From contig CAXXIN010000019.1 of the NCBI GenBank assembly GCA_963665275.2, positions 160,001 to 224,000 of the forward strand: a stretch of DNA of 64,000 nucleotides, read 5' to 3'. A program made the translations under genes and the position numbers. Of this stretch, positions 19,130-28,417 are shown one piece after another. Origin of the DNA: Negativicutes bacterium. GTDB taxonomy: Bacteria; Bacillota; Negativicutes; UBA1444. The notes under the pieces are model-generated. The model was given only the letters and a program-made list of their open reading frames with translations, had not been told where the DNA came from and made no database searches. Every line of letters begins with the position of its first letter. Position 1 is the stretch's first letter.

Positions 19130-20593
19130 TTATTTCAGTTTCGCGATCTTCGGACCCATGATTTTTTTGTAGGCTTCCACGCCAGGCTGATCGTAGGCGT
19201 CCACGTCAGCCAGTTCCCCTTCATAGGCAACCGACAGCGCCAATAGATAAAGAAGCTCACCGAGATGGAACGCCGACAGTTTCGGCAAGGTGAACACGGC
19301 GCTAAAGCGGCCATCCGCAGCCAAGGCTTCGGCGTTCGATTCCCGCGCCACTTCCAGCGCCGCAGCGAGTGAGATTCCGGCGAATTTGGCGACTGACGCC
19401 TCGCTCGGGAACACATCCGGCACCGTGATATCCTTGCCCCAGTCCTTGATTCGGAGGAACTGGACGACTTTGTCGCGAGCGCCGTCCTGGTGCTGCTGCG
19501 TCTGGGCGTGCATATCCGTCGTTCCGACAGCCACGATGGGAGTGCGGCCGTAGTATACAGGCCGCCCTTCGCGGTCCGTCCGCTTGCCTAGCGACTCGGC
19601 CAGCAGCTGGATGTACCACTCGGAAACGGATTTCAGATAATCCGCATAGGGCATGAAAACTTCGAGATGCCGCCCGTGGTTTTCCGAAGCGAGATATTTC
19701 AGCACGGCGCCCAGCAGGGCCGGGTTTTTGTAAACATCTGGTGTCTGGCAGGCCTCGTCCATCGCCCGTGCGCCACCCAGGAAAGCATCGATGTCGAACC
19801 CGATACAGGCAGCGGTGATCAAACCAACTTCAGCAAAGATGCTGAATCGTCCCCCTACGCCGTCCGGCACAGAGAACGTCGGCCAACCATGCGTGCGGGC
19901 CAACCGGTGCAGCACGGTCTCGTGCGGGCCCTCGGCCGGGTCAGTTACGGCGACCACCTTTACTTCAATCGGAGGAGTAAGGCGACGCAAAGCATCATAG
20001 AGAACCATGAAGTTTGCCGTTGTTTCAATCGTCGAACCCGATTTGGAGATCACGACGAGGCAGACTCGATACAACTGACTCGGGTGGTGCTGTCCCTTCA
20101 GACGCGCCTCCCGTTCCAGCTGCGCCAGGAGCTCGCCGGTGCGCCGTGGGTCCAGATTATTTCCCGAGAAATAAAGCTTGGGCCAGCCGCCGCGGTCAGA
20201 CTCGGACTGCAGATTCCAGAACTCGCCGCAGTGCATGTCGAACAGCACTTTGTTGCCGAGGTAGGAACCACCGATGCCGAACGAAACGACGGCATCCACC
20301 TTGTTGCGCAGCGAAGCGCCGAATTCTTTCAGCCGGGCGATAGAGGCTGGCGAATTGAGATGGCCGTCTTCAACGTAAGGCAGCTGGGTGAACAGCACCT
20401 TCTCCGGCGTGCCGTCTTTGGACAGATGGGCCTTCACTTCGCCGGTCGATCGCATGTGGACGATCCCCTGGTGTGCAGCGCCAATCCGGTCCACAAGGGC
20501 GTCGATTTCAGCGGGTGTGACTTTCCCTTCGCCAAACAGGTTTTCATAATCAAACGTGAAGCCGGAAGGCAGTTGCAAGGTTGTATCAGACAT
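19130..20593 (-). CDS. pgi: glucose-6-phosphate isomerase
   Basis: GIGGSYLG, ISKSGSTIET, VGGRFS, QLLAESLGK, GTTDMH, DQPGVEAYK. Confidence 0.95.
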   Translation of the reverse strand: MSDTTLQLPSGFTFDYENLFGEGKVTPAEIDALVDRIGAAHQGIVHMRSTGEVKAHLSKDGTPEKVLFTQLPYVEDGHLNSPASIARLKEFGASLRNKVDAVVSFGIGGSYLGNKVLFDMHCGEFWNLQSESDRGGWPKLYFSGNNLDPRRTGELLAQLEREARLKGQHHPSQLYRVCLVVISKSGSTIETTANFMVLYDALRRLTPPIEVKVVAVTDPAEGPHETVLHRLARTHGWPTFSVPDGVGGRFSIFAEVGLITAACIGFDIDAFLGGARAMDEACQTPDVYKNPALLGAVLKYLASENHGRHLEVFMPYADYLKSVSEWYIQLLAESLGKRTDREGRPVYYGRTPIVAVGTTDMHAQTQQHQDGARDKVVQFLRIKDWGKDITVPDVFPSEASVAKFAGISLAAALEVARESNAEALAADGRFSAVFTLPKLSAFHLGELLYLLALSVAYEGELADVDAYDQPGVEAYKKIMGPKIAKLK

Positions 20594-20671
20594 GGGACGC
20601 ACCTCCATATTCATCAGTATAAAAAACACTGAGAAGGGTAACGGGAAAAGGGACGCTCGATGCGGAATTTA

Positions 20672-21664
20672 TTATTTGTCGCCGTATCCACCCGGATGGC
20701 TGCGGTGCCAGTCCCAGGCTGTGCGCAGGATCGTGTCGACATCGCTGTAACGCATCCGCCAGTTGAAATCCTGCTGGAACTTCGCCGAAGACGCCACCAG
20801 TACGGCAGGGTCGCCGGCGCGGCGCGCGGCCTCCACCACCGGGAAATCAACGCCGGTGATTTTCTTGGCTTTATCGATCACTTCCCGCACCGAAAATCCG
20901 GTCTGCGAGCCGAGATTATAAGTCCGCGACTCACCGCCAGCCAGCAGATGCTCGATCGCCAGCACATGGGCGCTCGCCAGATCCGTCACATGGATGTAAT
21001 CCCGGATGCAGGTGCCGTCCGGCGTCGGGTAATCGGTACCGTACATCGAGATCGCGGTGCGCTGGCCAAGGGCAGTCTGCAGGATCAGCGGGATCAGGTG
21101 GCTCTCTGGAGTATGGTCTTCGCCCACGCCGCCCGCCGGCAGTGCGCCTGCCGCATTGAAATAGCGCAGAACGACATACGAAAATCCGTAGGCCATCGCG
21201 AAATCCGCCAACATTCCCTCAATGATCAGTTTGGTCCGTCCATAAACGTTCGTCGGCCTTAGCGCTGCATCCTCGCGGATCGGACAGGATTCCGGTTCAC
21301 CGTAAACCGCCGCCGTCGACGAGAACACGATTTTTTTGATATTCGCCTGGTTCAATGATTCCAGGAGCGACAGCGTCGCTGCCACATTGTCCCGGTAATA
21401 TTTCGCGGGATTCACCATCGACTCGCCGACTTCGCTCGCCGCTGCGAAGTGCATTACCGCATCGATCGGAAATTTCGCGAACGTCTCCGCCAACAGCGCC
21501 GCATCGCGGATATCGCCCTGGACGAAAGGAACTCCAGCCGGCACAGCGGCTCGATGGCCCTTCACCAGACTGTCGAACACCACGACATCATGCCCCGACG
21601 CCTTCAACTCATGTACCGCGTGAGAGCCGATATACCCAGCCCCACCCGTCACCAATACCTTCAT
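20672..21664 (-). CDS. galE: UDP-glucose 4-epimerase
   Basis: TGGAGYIGSH, FSSTAAVYG, YGRTK, LRYFN, DGTCIRDYIHV. Confidence 0.97.
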   Translation of the reverse strand: MKVLVTGGAGYIGSHAVHELKASGHDVVVFDSLVKGHRAAVPAGVPFVQGDIRDAALLAETFAKFPIDAVMHFAAASEVGESMVNPAKYYRDNVAATLSLLESLNQANIKKIVFSSTAAVYGEPESCPIREDAALRPTNVYGRTKLIIEGMLADFAMAYGFSYVVLRYFNAAGALPAGGVGEDHTPESHLIPLILQTALGQRTAISMYGTDYPTPDGTCIRDYIHVTDLASAHVLAIEHLLAGGESRTYNLGSQTGFSVREVIDKAKKITGVDFPVVEAARRAGDPAVLVASSAKFQQDFNWRMRYSDVDTILRTAWDWHRSHPGGYGDK

Positions 21665-21691
21665 ACAATCGCCTCGCAAATTCTACTTTCT

Positions 21692-21725
21692 TCCATAAAA
21701 GGAAGGATTCCCGGTGCCTGTCACC
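21692..21725 (-). repeat. REP-like element copy 2 / left 34-bp direct repeat
   Basis: TCCATAAAAGGAAGGATTCCCGGTGCCTGTCACC; 31/34 identical to 23205-23238. Confidence 0.88.
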
Positions 21726-21772
21726 GGCTGCGCACTTTCGTTGCGGCAGCCATTGAAGTATAATAAATTTGG

Positions 21773-22015
21773 GTGATGATGATGAAACAGCCGATTGATC
21801 TAAAAACTGCAATGGAACAAACTCGCTGCAAAACGGTCGGACTTCGCGCGGCCTCCATTGTTGTTCCTGAAAAAAAGCCACGTGTGAAACCTCGAAAACC
21901 TAGCGAAACGTTGGCGTTGTGCAGGGCAGTCGTTTGGGCAGTTCTAGAGGCCAAACGCTCCGGTCGGTTGGTGAAACTCTCCCCTGTCGGTTATCGGCTG
22001 CATTGGGAGGAATAA
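21773..22015 (+). CDS. small basic hypothetical protein coupled to nucleotidyltransferase
   Basis: TATAAT at 21759-21764 upstream; TAATG stop/start overlap with the next gene. Confidence 0.55.
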   Translation: MMMMKQPIDLKTAMEQTRCKTVGLRAASIVVPEKKPRVKPRKPSETLALCRAVVWAVLEAKRSGRLVKLSPVGYRLHWEE

Positions 22016-22590
22016 TGGACGAACTCAAACAACTTCTGCACGACTTGCCGCAGGAAAAGTCAATTTTAGAACAACAACTCACAGTCTCGGGCATTATTGC
22101 CGACGCGTTCAAACCGTTTGGCGTTTTCCCTGTCGTTGTGGGCGGGGCTGCAGTTGAATTTTACACGATGGGAAGCTACACCACCCGTGACATCGATCTT
22201 ATCGTGGAAGACCCGGAATTTATTAAAGATGTAATGACCGGTCTGGGCTTTAAAAACGATGCTGGGACCTGGTATCTGCCCGAAAATCCCGCTATCATCG
22301 TTGAATTTCCTAAAGGGCCTCTGGCCGGCGACTGGAAAAGAGTTCAACCAGTTGAGTTGCCGAATGGACACACAGCTTATCTGCTCTCTTTGGAAGATAT
22401 CTTGATTGACCGCACGCTCGCCGCAAAATACTGGGCTGACGGGTCCGAGGAATGGGTGCGCTTCATGATGGTTGCACACTATGAAGAAATCGACTGGAAA
22501 TACCTGCGCCGAGTTGCAACCCGTGAACTGTGCCTCGACACTCTGGAACGCGCCAGGAACTGGGCCCGCCGCAAGCGCAAAAAGCTATAA
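22015..22590 (+). CDS. DNA pol-beta superfamily nucleotidyltransferase (DUF6036-like)
   Basis: VVVGGAAVEFYT.GSYTTRDIDL motif, SLEDILIDR; GGGAGG RBS. Confidence 0.8.
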   Translation: MDELKQLLHDLPQEKSILEQQLTVSGIIADAFKPFGVFPVVVGGAAVEFYTMGSYTTRDIDLIVEDPEFIKDVMTGLGFKNDAGTWYLPENPAIIVEFPKGPLAGDWKRVQPVELPNGHTAYLLSLEDILIDRTLAAKYWADGSEEWVRFMMVAHYEEIDWKYLRRVATRELCLDTLERARNWARRKRKKL

Positions 22591-23154
22591 TTACTTTCCG
22601 GTGCCTGTCACCGGTTTTTTTTCGTCTTCTTGCACCGAAGCATTCACATAGTTGATCCAATCAAGCGGCAATTCAATAGGTGGTTGCGACAATATCGACC
22701 ACGCAGGACTCGGGAGCCTTCGCTCATGCGCAGACGACCACCGCCAGTCATCGCAGGATTTACACAATCCGGCCCGCACTGGATTGGCCTCAACATAACG
22801 CATCAGAGTAAACATCTGAGCATCATCTTTGACCAGCAGCGATTTATATCTTCCCTGCCATACATGCCCGACACTCTCATATTTTTCCCGATACCGATGC
22901 GAATGCGTAGACAAAAGCCAGTGCATACCACGGGACATATTGTCTGCCTCCATCGGCCATAACACAAAATGAAAATGGTTGGGCATCAAACTGTAGGCCA
23001 ATACCCGCACTGGGAATTTTTCTTGCGCCGATTGCATTAAATCCAGGAAGTCTACATAATCCTGATTTGTTTGGAAAACAGCTTCCCGATTATTTCCCCG
23101 ATTCAATACGTGATAAATAAATCCATCACATATGGACCTGGCCATCCGAGGCAT
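22591..23154 (-). CDS. REP-associated tyrosine transposase (RAYT, Y1 HUH family)
   Basis: MPR.AR, YHVLNRGN, YSLMPNHFH (HUH), GHVWQGRYKS, RYVEANPVRAGL, WRWSS. Confidence 0.92.
   Translation of the reverse strand: MPRMARSICDGFIYHVLNRGNNREAVFQTNQDYVDFLDLMQSAQEKFPVRVLAYSLMPNHFHFVLWPMEADNMSRGMHWLLSTHSHRYREKYESVGHVWQGRYKSLLVKDDAQMFTLMRYVEANPVRAGLCKSCDDWRWSSAHERRLPSPAWSILSQPPIELPLDWINYVNASVQEDEKKPVTGTGK
22598..22614 (-). repeat. REP-like element copy 3 (inside RAYT 3' end)
   Basis: CCGGTG-CCTGT-CACCGG hairpin encoding PVTGTG of the RAYT C-terminus. Confidence 0.85.
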
Positions 23155-23204
23155 ATGCGCCACTTCTTTCGTTACGCCAAAGCTCGACTTTTTTTACATA
23201 CATA

Positions 23205-23238
23205 TCCATAAAAGGGAGGATTGTCGGTGCCTGTCACC
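23205..23238 (-). repeat. REP-like element copy 4 / right 34-bp direct repeat
   Basis: TCCATAAAAGGGAGGATTGTCGGTGCCTGTCACC, 14 bp after the galU stop. Confidence 0.88.
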
Positions 23239-23252
23239 CCTTCCCCCCACAT

Positions 23253-24140
23253 TCATAGGTCGGTTTCCCGGCCAACGGTTTTCATCAGAAAGCGCAGGAA
23301 CGGATCACGCAGATCAGGACGCTTGAGGGCGAAGTCCACCGTCGCCTCGAGGAATCCCTGCTTGTCGCCCACATCGTAGCGGCGCCCTTCAAATTCATAG
23401 GCATAGACCGGCTCGATCTCCGAAAGCTTCTTCAGCGCATCGGTCAGCTGAATCTCGCCGCCCCGACCTGGCTCGGTCTTCTCCAGAATCCCGAAGATTT
23501 TCGGAGAAATGATATAGCGTCCGAGCACCGCGAGTCGGGACGGAGCTTCCTCGATCGAGGGTTTCTCCACCAGATCATCGGCCCGCCACAGGCGCTCACT
23601 CACCGCAGTCGGCTTCACCACGCCATAGCTCGACACCCGGTCTTTCGGCACTTCCTGTACGCCCAACACACTGCCGCCGCAGCTGTCGTAAACATCCATC
23701 AGCTGTTTCAGCACCGGCACTTCGGCGTCCATGATATCATCGCCCAGCAGCACCGCGAACGGTTCGTCGCCGACGAAATGCTTGGCGCAGAGCACTGCGT
23801 GCCCCAGACCCTTCGGCTCCTTCTGCCGCACGTAGTGAATCGTCACTCGCGAGAGTTCCTGCACCAGTCCGAGTAAATCATATTTCCCCTGGGCCTTCAG
23901 CGTCATTTCCAGCTCGATCGCGCGGTCGAAGTGGTCTTCGATGGCGCGTTTGTTGCGGCCGGTGATGATCAGGATATCCTCAATGCCCGAATCGATCGCT
24001 TCTTCAATAATGTACTGGATACAGGGCTTGTCCACGATCGGCAGCATTTCTTTGGGTTGTGCCTTGGTCGCAGGCAAAAAACGTGTCCCGAGTCCCGCCG
24101 CCGGAATGACCGCCGTTCGAATACTAGGCTTTTTCTGCAT
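23253..24140 (-). CDS. galU: UTP-glucose-1-phosphate uridylyltransferase
   Basis: AVIPAAGLGTRFLPATKAQPKEMLP, GLGHAV, VEKP, GEIQLTDA. Confidence 0.97.
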   Translation of the reverse strand: MQKKPSIRTAVIPAAGLGTRFLPATKAQPKEMLPIVDKPCIQYIIEEAIDSGIEDILIITGRNKRAIEDHFDRAIELEMTLKAQGKYDLLGLVQELSRVTIHYVRQKEPKGLGHAVLCAKHFVGDEPFAVLLGDDIMDAEVPVLKQLMDVYDSCGGSVLGVQEVPKDRVSSYGVVKPTAVSERLWRADDLVEKPSIEEAPSRLAVLGRYIISPKIFGILEKTEPGRGGEIQLTDALKKLSEIEPVYAYEFEGRRYDVGDKQGFLEATVDFALKRPDLRDPFLRFLMKTVGRETDL

Positions 24141-25533
24141 GTTCCACCGCCCCTTTCAAAATTTGCTGCACCGCCTCGCTGCTCTGCGCCTCGCAATAAA
24201 CACGCACGATCGGCTCGGTGCCCGATCCCCGGAAAATCACCCAGCCATCGGCAAACTCCAGCTTCGTTCCATCCCCGACCGTCACCGCCAGCACCGGCTT
24301 GCCGCCGATTGCCTGGGGCGCCGCGCTTTCCAGGGCGCTCATCAGGCGTTCCTTGCGCGCCATGTCCAAATGCAGATCCCGCCGGTCATAGAAGAAACTG
24401 CCCAGTTCGGCCGACATCTCGTCAAGCAACTGTCCCAATGTCTTGCCGTAAGCTGCCGCTGTTTCGATCAGCAAAAAGCCAAGCAGGATACCATCACGTT
24501 CCGGAATATAGCCTTTGACCGACAGACCGCCGGACTCCTCGCCGCCGATCAGGACATTCTCTTTCAGCATCAGCTCCGCCACATACTTGAATCCGACCGG
24601 AGTCTGGCGCGTCTGCAGCTCGTATTTTTCGCACAGGCGCTTCACTTGCTCCGACATTGTCAGCGTCTGCACCACGATTCCCCTGAGGCCGCGTTTTTCA
24701 ACCAAATATTTCAGCAGCAGACACAGAATCTGGTAGGGAGTAATGTAGCGGCCATCCGAATCAATGGCGCCGATGCGGTCGCCATCCCCATCCGTGGCCA
24801 GCCCGATATACGCTTTTTGCTCCAGCACCGCCTGCCGCAGAGCATCCAGATTCTTCTCGATCGGCTCCGGATTCACGCCGCCGAACATCGGATCATAGCT
24901 GCTGCGGACTTCGGTGAGATTCAGACCGTACGTCTCCGCCAGGTCGGCCGCATACCCTTGCGCCGAACCGTGCATCACGTCGAATACGATTTTGTCCTTG
25001 AACGTCATCAGGATCTCGGGATCTAGCATCTGCCGCACATGATCGAGATAAGACTTTTGCGCCGAATACTTTTCCACCGACGCCGGCAGCGGTATTTTCG
25101 GCACGACCGTCTTCTCGCCTTCCAGCCGGCTCACGCAGGATTCAATCTCCGCCACCAGCTCCGGCGGCGCAGAACCGCCGAAAGAGGCCTTGAACTTCAG
25201 CCCGTTATACTCCGGCGGGTTGTGGCTCGCGGTGATCATCACGCCGCCTGCCGCTTTGCGATCCTTCACCTGCCAGGTCAACGCCGGGCTCGACAGCATC
25301 TCCGAGGATAGCCACACCTTGATGCCCTCATCCGCCAGCACCGCCGCACAGTCCTGCGCGTACTTCGCCGACAGGAATCGCGCATCATAGCCGACCACGA
25401 TCCCCTTGGACTGCTCCTCACGGCGTCTCACCCATTCCGCGATGCCCGCCGCCACCAGCCGCACATTGGCGAATGTGTAGTCCTCGCTGATCACTCCTCG
25501 CCAGCCGTCAGTCCCGAATTTTATCTTAGCCAT
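24124..25533 (-). CDS. phosphoglucomutase/phosphomannomutase
   Basis: FGTDGWRG, TASHNP, DGDGDR, GGEESGG, RGSGTEP. Confidence 0.95.
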   Translation of the reverse strand: MAKIKFGTDGWRGVISEDYTFANVRLVAAGIAEWVRRREEQSKGIVVGYDARFLSAKYAQDCAAVLADEGIKVWLSSEMLSSPALTWQVKDRKAAGGVMITASHNPPEYNGLKFKASFGGSAPPELVAEIESCVSRLEGEKTVVPKIPLPASVEKYSAQKSYLDHVRQMLDPEILMTFKDKIVFDVMHGSAQGYAADLAETYGLNLTEVRSSYDPMFGGVNPEPIEKNLDALRQAVLEQKAYIGLATDGDGDRIGAIDSDGRYITPYQILCLLLKYLVEKRGLRGIVVQTLTMSEQVKRLCEKYELQTRQTPVGFKYVAELMLKENVLIGGEESGGLSVKGYIPERDGILLGFLLIETAAAYGKTLGQLLDEMSAELGSFFYDRRDLHLDMARKERLMSALESAAPQAIGGKPVLAVTVGDGTKLEFADGWVIFRGSGTEPIVRVYCEAQSSEAVQQILKGAVEHAEKA

Positions 25534-25561
25534 GAGCCAACCTCCCTAATTCTCTCAAAAA

Positions 25562-25589
25562 TGTCAGAGATCCCGGTGCCTGTCACCGG
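25562..25589 (-). repeat. REP-like element copy 5 (provides manC stop)
   Basis: TGTCAGAGATCCCGGTGCCTGTCACCGG; its TGA is the manC stop at 25583-25585. Confidence 0.88.
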
Positions 25590-26971
25590 CCTGCACGGCC
25601 GTAAACGTCCTCGAAACGCACGATGTCGTCTTCTCCCAGATAGCGGCCGCTCTGCACCTCGATGAGGACCAGGGGCACCTTGCCCGGATTGGCCAGTCGA
25701 TGCTTCACCGTCTGCGGCACGAACACACTTTCATCATCGCACACCAGTTGTTCCCGATCGCCGATCGTCACCAGCGCGGTCCCGCTGACCACCACCCAGT
25801 GTTCGCTGCGATGATGGTGCATTTGTAGGCTCAGCACCTGAGCTGGATTCACGACAATCCGCTTGATCTTGTAGTCAGGCCCTTCGCCCAGAATTGTGTA
25901 GTTGCCCCATGGTCGATAATCAGTCAGATGCTCGCTGGCCTCACGCCGTCCTTTGGCTTTCAGCCGCGCCACCACATCCTTCACTTTCTGCGACTCGCCT
26001 TTTTTCGCCACCAGGATAGCATCCGCCGTCTCGATGACAATCATGTCTTCCAGCCCAATGCCGGCTACCAGGTGTCGGTGCGACAGCATTAGCGTATTGT
26101 TGCAATCAATATTGATGCAGTCGCCTTGTACCGCATTGCCGGCTTCATCCTTGCCCAGCACATCGTAGATCGCGTCCCAGGATCCAATGTCGTTCCAGTA
26201 AGCCGCCAGAGGGATGACGAGTACATCGGCCGCCTTCTCCATGATACCGTAGTCGATCGACACATCAGGCATCTGCTCGAACTGCTCCAGCACCGTCTCC
26301 ACCGGTTGGGCTGTCAATGCGCTGATGGCAGGCTGTTGCGCGGCCAGTTCCTGCAAAAACCGTCCCATCGTGAAGGCGAACATGCCGGAGTTCCAGTAAT
26401 AATTTCCTGCCGCCACATACTTCTCGGCTGTCTCACGGTCGGGTTTCTCGCGGAAGGAATTCACCACGAACGCCCCGTTGAAAGAATCACCGGCCTGAAT
26501 GTAGCCGTAGCCAGTCTCAGGCGAGGACGGCTTCACGCCGAACGTCACAATACTGCCTGTCTCCGCCAGTTTCACGGCTTCCAGCACTCCGGCGGCGAAT
26601 ACGTCAACCGGGCGGATCACATGGTCGCAGGGAGTGACGAATAGCACTTCTGAATCGGCGACCCCCAGTTTGTCACGGCAAAAAGCAGCCGCCAAAGCGA
26701 TGGCCGGGGCGGTGTTGCGACCTGCCGGCTCCAGTGCCACCTGCGCCTCCGAAGCTCCGCAGGAAGCGAGTTCAGACTTCACCAAATATTCGTGCATCTG
26801 ATTGGTGATGACAACGAGATTTTTCGCCTCCGTTACGGCCAAAAACCGCTGCACGGTCTGGACAAACAGGGACTCTGCGCCGGTCACTTTCAAAAACTGT
26901 TTCGGGAACCGCGCACGGGAAAGCGGGAACAGGCGGGTGCCGCCGCCGCCAGCAAGCAAAATAATTTTCAT
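25583..26971 (-). CDS. manC: mannose-1-phosphate guanylyltransferase/mannose-6-phosphate isomerase
   Basis: ILLAGGGGTRLFPLSR..PKQF, EP.GRNTAPAI, ETGYGYI, RPWG, LSLQMHHHRSEHW. Confidence 0.96.
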   Translation of the reverse strand: MKIILLAGGGGTRLFPLSRARFPKQFLKVTGAESLFVQTVQRFLAVTEAKNLVVITNQMHEYLVKSELASCGASEAQVALEPAGRNTAPAIALAAAFCRDKLGVADSEVLFVTPCDHVIRPVDVFAAGVLEAVKLAETGSIVTFGVKPSSPETGYGYIQAGDSFNGAFVVNSFREKPDRETAEKYVAAGNYYWNSGMFAFTMGRFLQELAAQQPAISALTAQPVETVLEQFEQMPDVSIDYGIMEKAADVLVIPLAAYWNDIGSWDAIYDVLGKDEAGNAVQGDCINIDCNNTLMLSHRHLVAGIGLEDMIVIETADAILVAKKGESQKVKDVVARLKAKGRREASEHLTDYRPWGNYTILGEGPDYKIKRIVVNPAQVLSLQMHHHRSEHWVVVSGTALVTIGDREQLVCDDESVFVPQTVKHRLANPGKVPLVLIEVQSGRYLGEDDIVRFEDVYGRAGR

Positions 26972-27200
26972 CGGAATCAATTCCTCTCCGTCATCTTTTT
27001 TGCTGCGATTTATTCATTGAATATGCAGCCAATATACATCCGGCCACGACTTATAACGTATTTTATTTCGTCAAGTTGTCCCATATTTCCTGCCAGTTTT
27101 TCCATACCGGCGATAAATTAATGCCCCTACTCAGCTTCCTGTGATATAATTTTCCAAGAGTTTTCAGTAAAAATTTATCCGGGGCGGGGGGAATCTGCAC

Positions 27201-28298
27201 TTGAGTCGAAAATCTGCACCGCATCAAAACATTCTCATCATCCACACGCATGGCGGCATGGGCGACCTGCTGCTGTCTTCGGTTTTGGCGGAAGCTATGC
27301 ACCGCTGCTACCCCGGCTGCCGCGTAACTTTTTGGCCGAATCAGCGCTTCGCGGCGCTGCTCGAGCATCACCCGTTCATTGACGCCTGCCTCGACCTTGA
27401 CCCCTCCGCCTCGCTTTTGACCAAAGCCCGGTGGCTCCACGCCGAACACTTCGACACCGTCCTCGTTCCTTGGTCGGTCAGCTCTCATGCGTGGCTCACT
27501 GCGCTCGCCGGTATCCCGACCCGCGTCGGACAGGGCGGTCGTCTCACCTACAGTTTTCTCTTCACCCACCCGGTTCGGGTGCGCTCCGTATACGGCGACA
27601 TCACCAGCCACTGGACGGACATCCAGCTCGACTACGCCCGCGCCATCGGCTGCGAGACTCCGTCTGACCTCTTGCCTGTCGTCATCACCACCCCACAGGA
27701 AAAAGCAACGGCCGCCGCCTTTTTGCCAAGCGTCGGCATCTTGGGCGAACGGCCGGTCTGCGGCCTCCATATCTGCAAAGGTCTGGCGGTGGACGAACAG
27801 CGCTGGCCCATCGACCGCTTCGCAGATATCGCCGCCGGAATGATGCGCAAAGGGTTCGACGTCGTACTGACAGGCACCGCCAGCGAAAATCCGCTCACCG
27901 CCAGAGTGCGGGAACTGGCGCAAGCTCAACAGCCGGTAGAAACCGATCGTGCGGATACACACGCCCGCCCCCCCCTGATCTTCGACCTTGCCGGCGTCTG
28001 TTCGCTGCGCGAGACGGCTGCCGTTCTCGAACGCATGAACGTCTTCATCTGCCCGGACACCGGAACCGGCCACCTGGCCGCCGCCCTCGGCGTCCCGGTC
28101 GTCTCCATATTCCCCCTGCGCTCCGACATACCGGCCCGCTGGCGGCCAGCCATTGCCGGATCCCGCATCATCCGACCCACGAATTACGAGTGCACCGGCC
28201 CCTGTGTGAAGGAAACCTGCCCCCGCTTCACCTGCCTGCTGCACATCGATGCAGGCGAAGTGGTCCGGGCGGCAGAAGAAATCGCAAAACGGGTGTAA
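27201..28298 (+). CDS. glycosyltransferase family 9 (ADP-heptose:LPS heptosyltransferase-like)
   Basis: GMGDLLL, RWP..RF, DLAG..SL.ET, DTGTGHLAAALGVP, C-terminal Cys cluster. Confidence 0.88.
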   Translation: MSRKSAPHQNILIIHTHGGMGDLLLSSVLAEAMHRCYPGCRVTFWPNQRFAALLEHHPFIDACLDLDPSASLLTKARWLHAEHFDTVLVPWSVSSHAWLTALAGIPTRVGQGGRLTYSFLFTHPVRVRSVYGDITSHWTDIQLDYARAIGCETPSDLLPVVITTPQEKATAAAFLPSVGILGERPVCGLHICKGLAVDEQRWPIDRFADIAAGMMRKGFDVVLTGTASENPLTARVRELAQAQQPVETDRADTHARPPLIFDLAGVCSLRETAAVLERMNVFICPDTGTGHLAAALGVPVVSIFPLRSDIPARWRPAIAGSRIIRPTNYECTGPCVKETCPRFTCLLHIDAGEVVRAAEEIAKRV

Positions 28299-28330
28299 TG
28301 AAAGTCGCGGGGCAACTGTCAGAAAAATTT

Positions 28331-28370
28331 AAACAGGAGGTGTGAAATCTATCTTTCACACCTCCTGTTT
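28331..28370. terminator. bidirectional terminator
   Basis: AAACAGGAGGTGTGAAA/TTTCACACCTCCTGTTT 17-bp stem between convergent genes. Confidence 0.85.
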
Positions 28371-28417
28371 TCTCATACAAACCCCGACGGAGATCCCGTC
28401 ACTCGTCTTTACTCGGA

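Larger units (their letters stand above)
21726..23238. mobile_element. 1.5-kb RAYT-bearing mini-island between galU and galE
   Basis: Flanked by 34-bp direct repeats containing the REP core; visibly lower GC than galE/galU; carries RAYT plus two opposite-strand genes. Confidence 0.6.

Noticed and set aside
22591-23154. IS200/IS605 insertion sequence
   Set aside because: No tnpB, and the motifs (NRGN, WQGRYKS, NPVRAGL, WSS) plus dispersed repeats fit RAYT better.
28316-28330. CTGTCAGAAAAATTT resembling the REP tail
   Set aside because: Core hairpin absent; too short to call.
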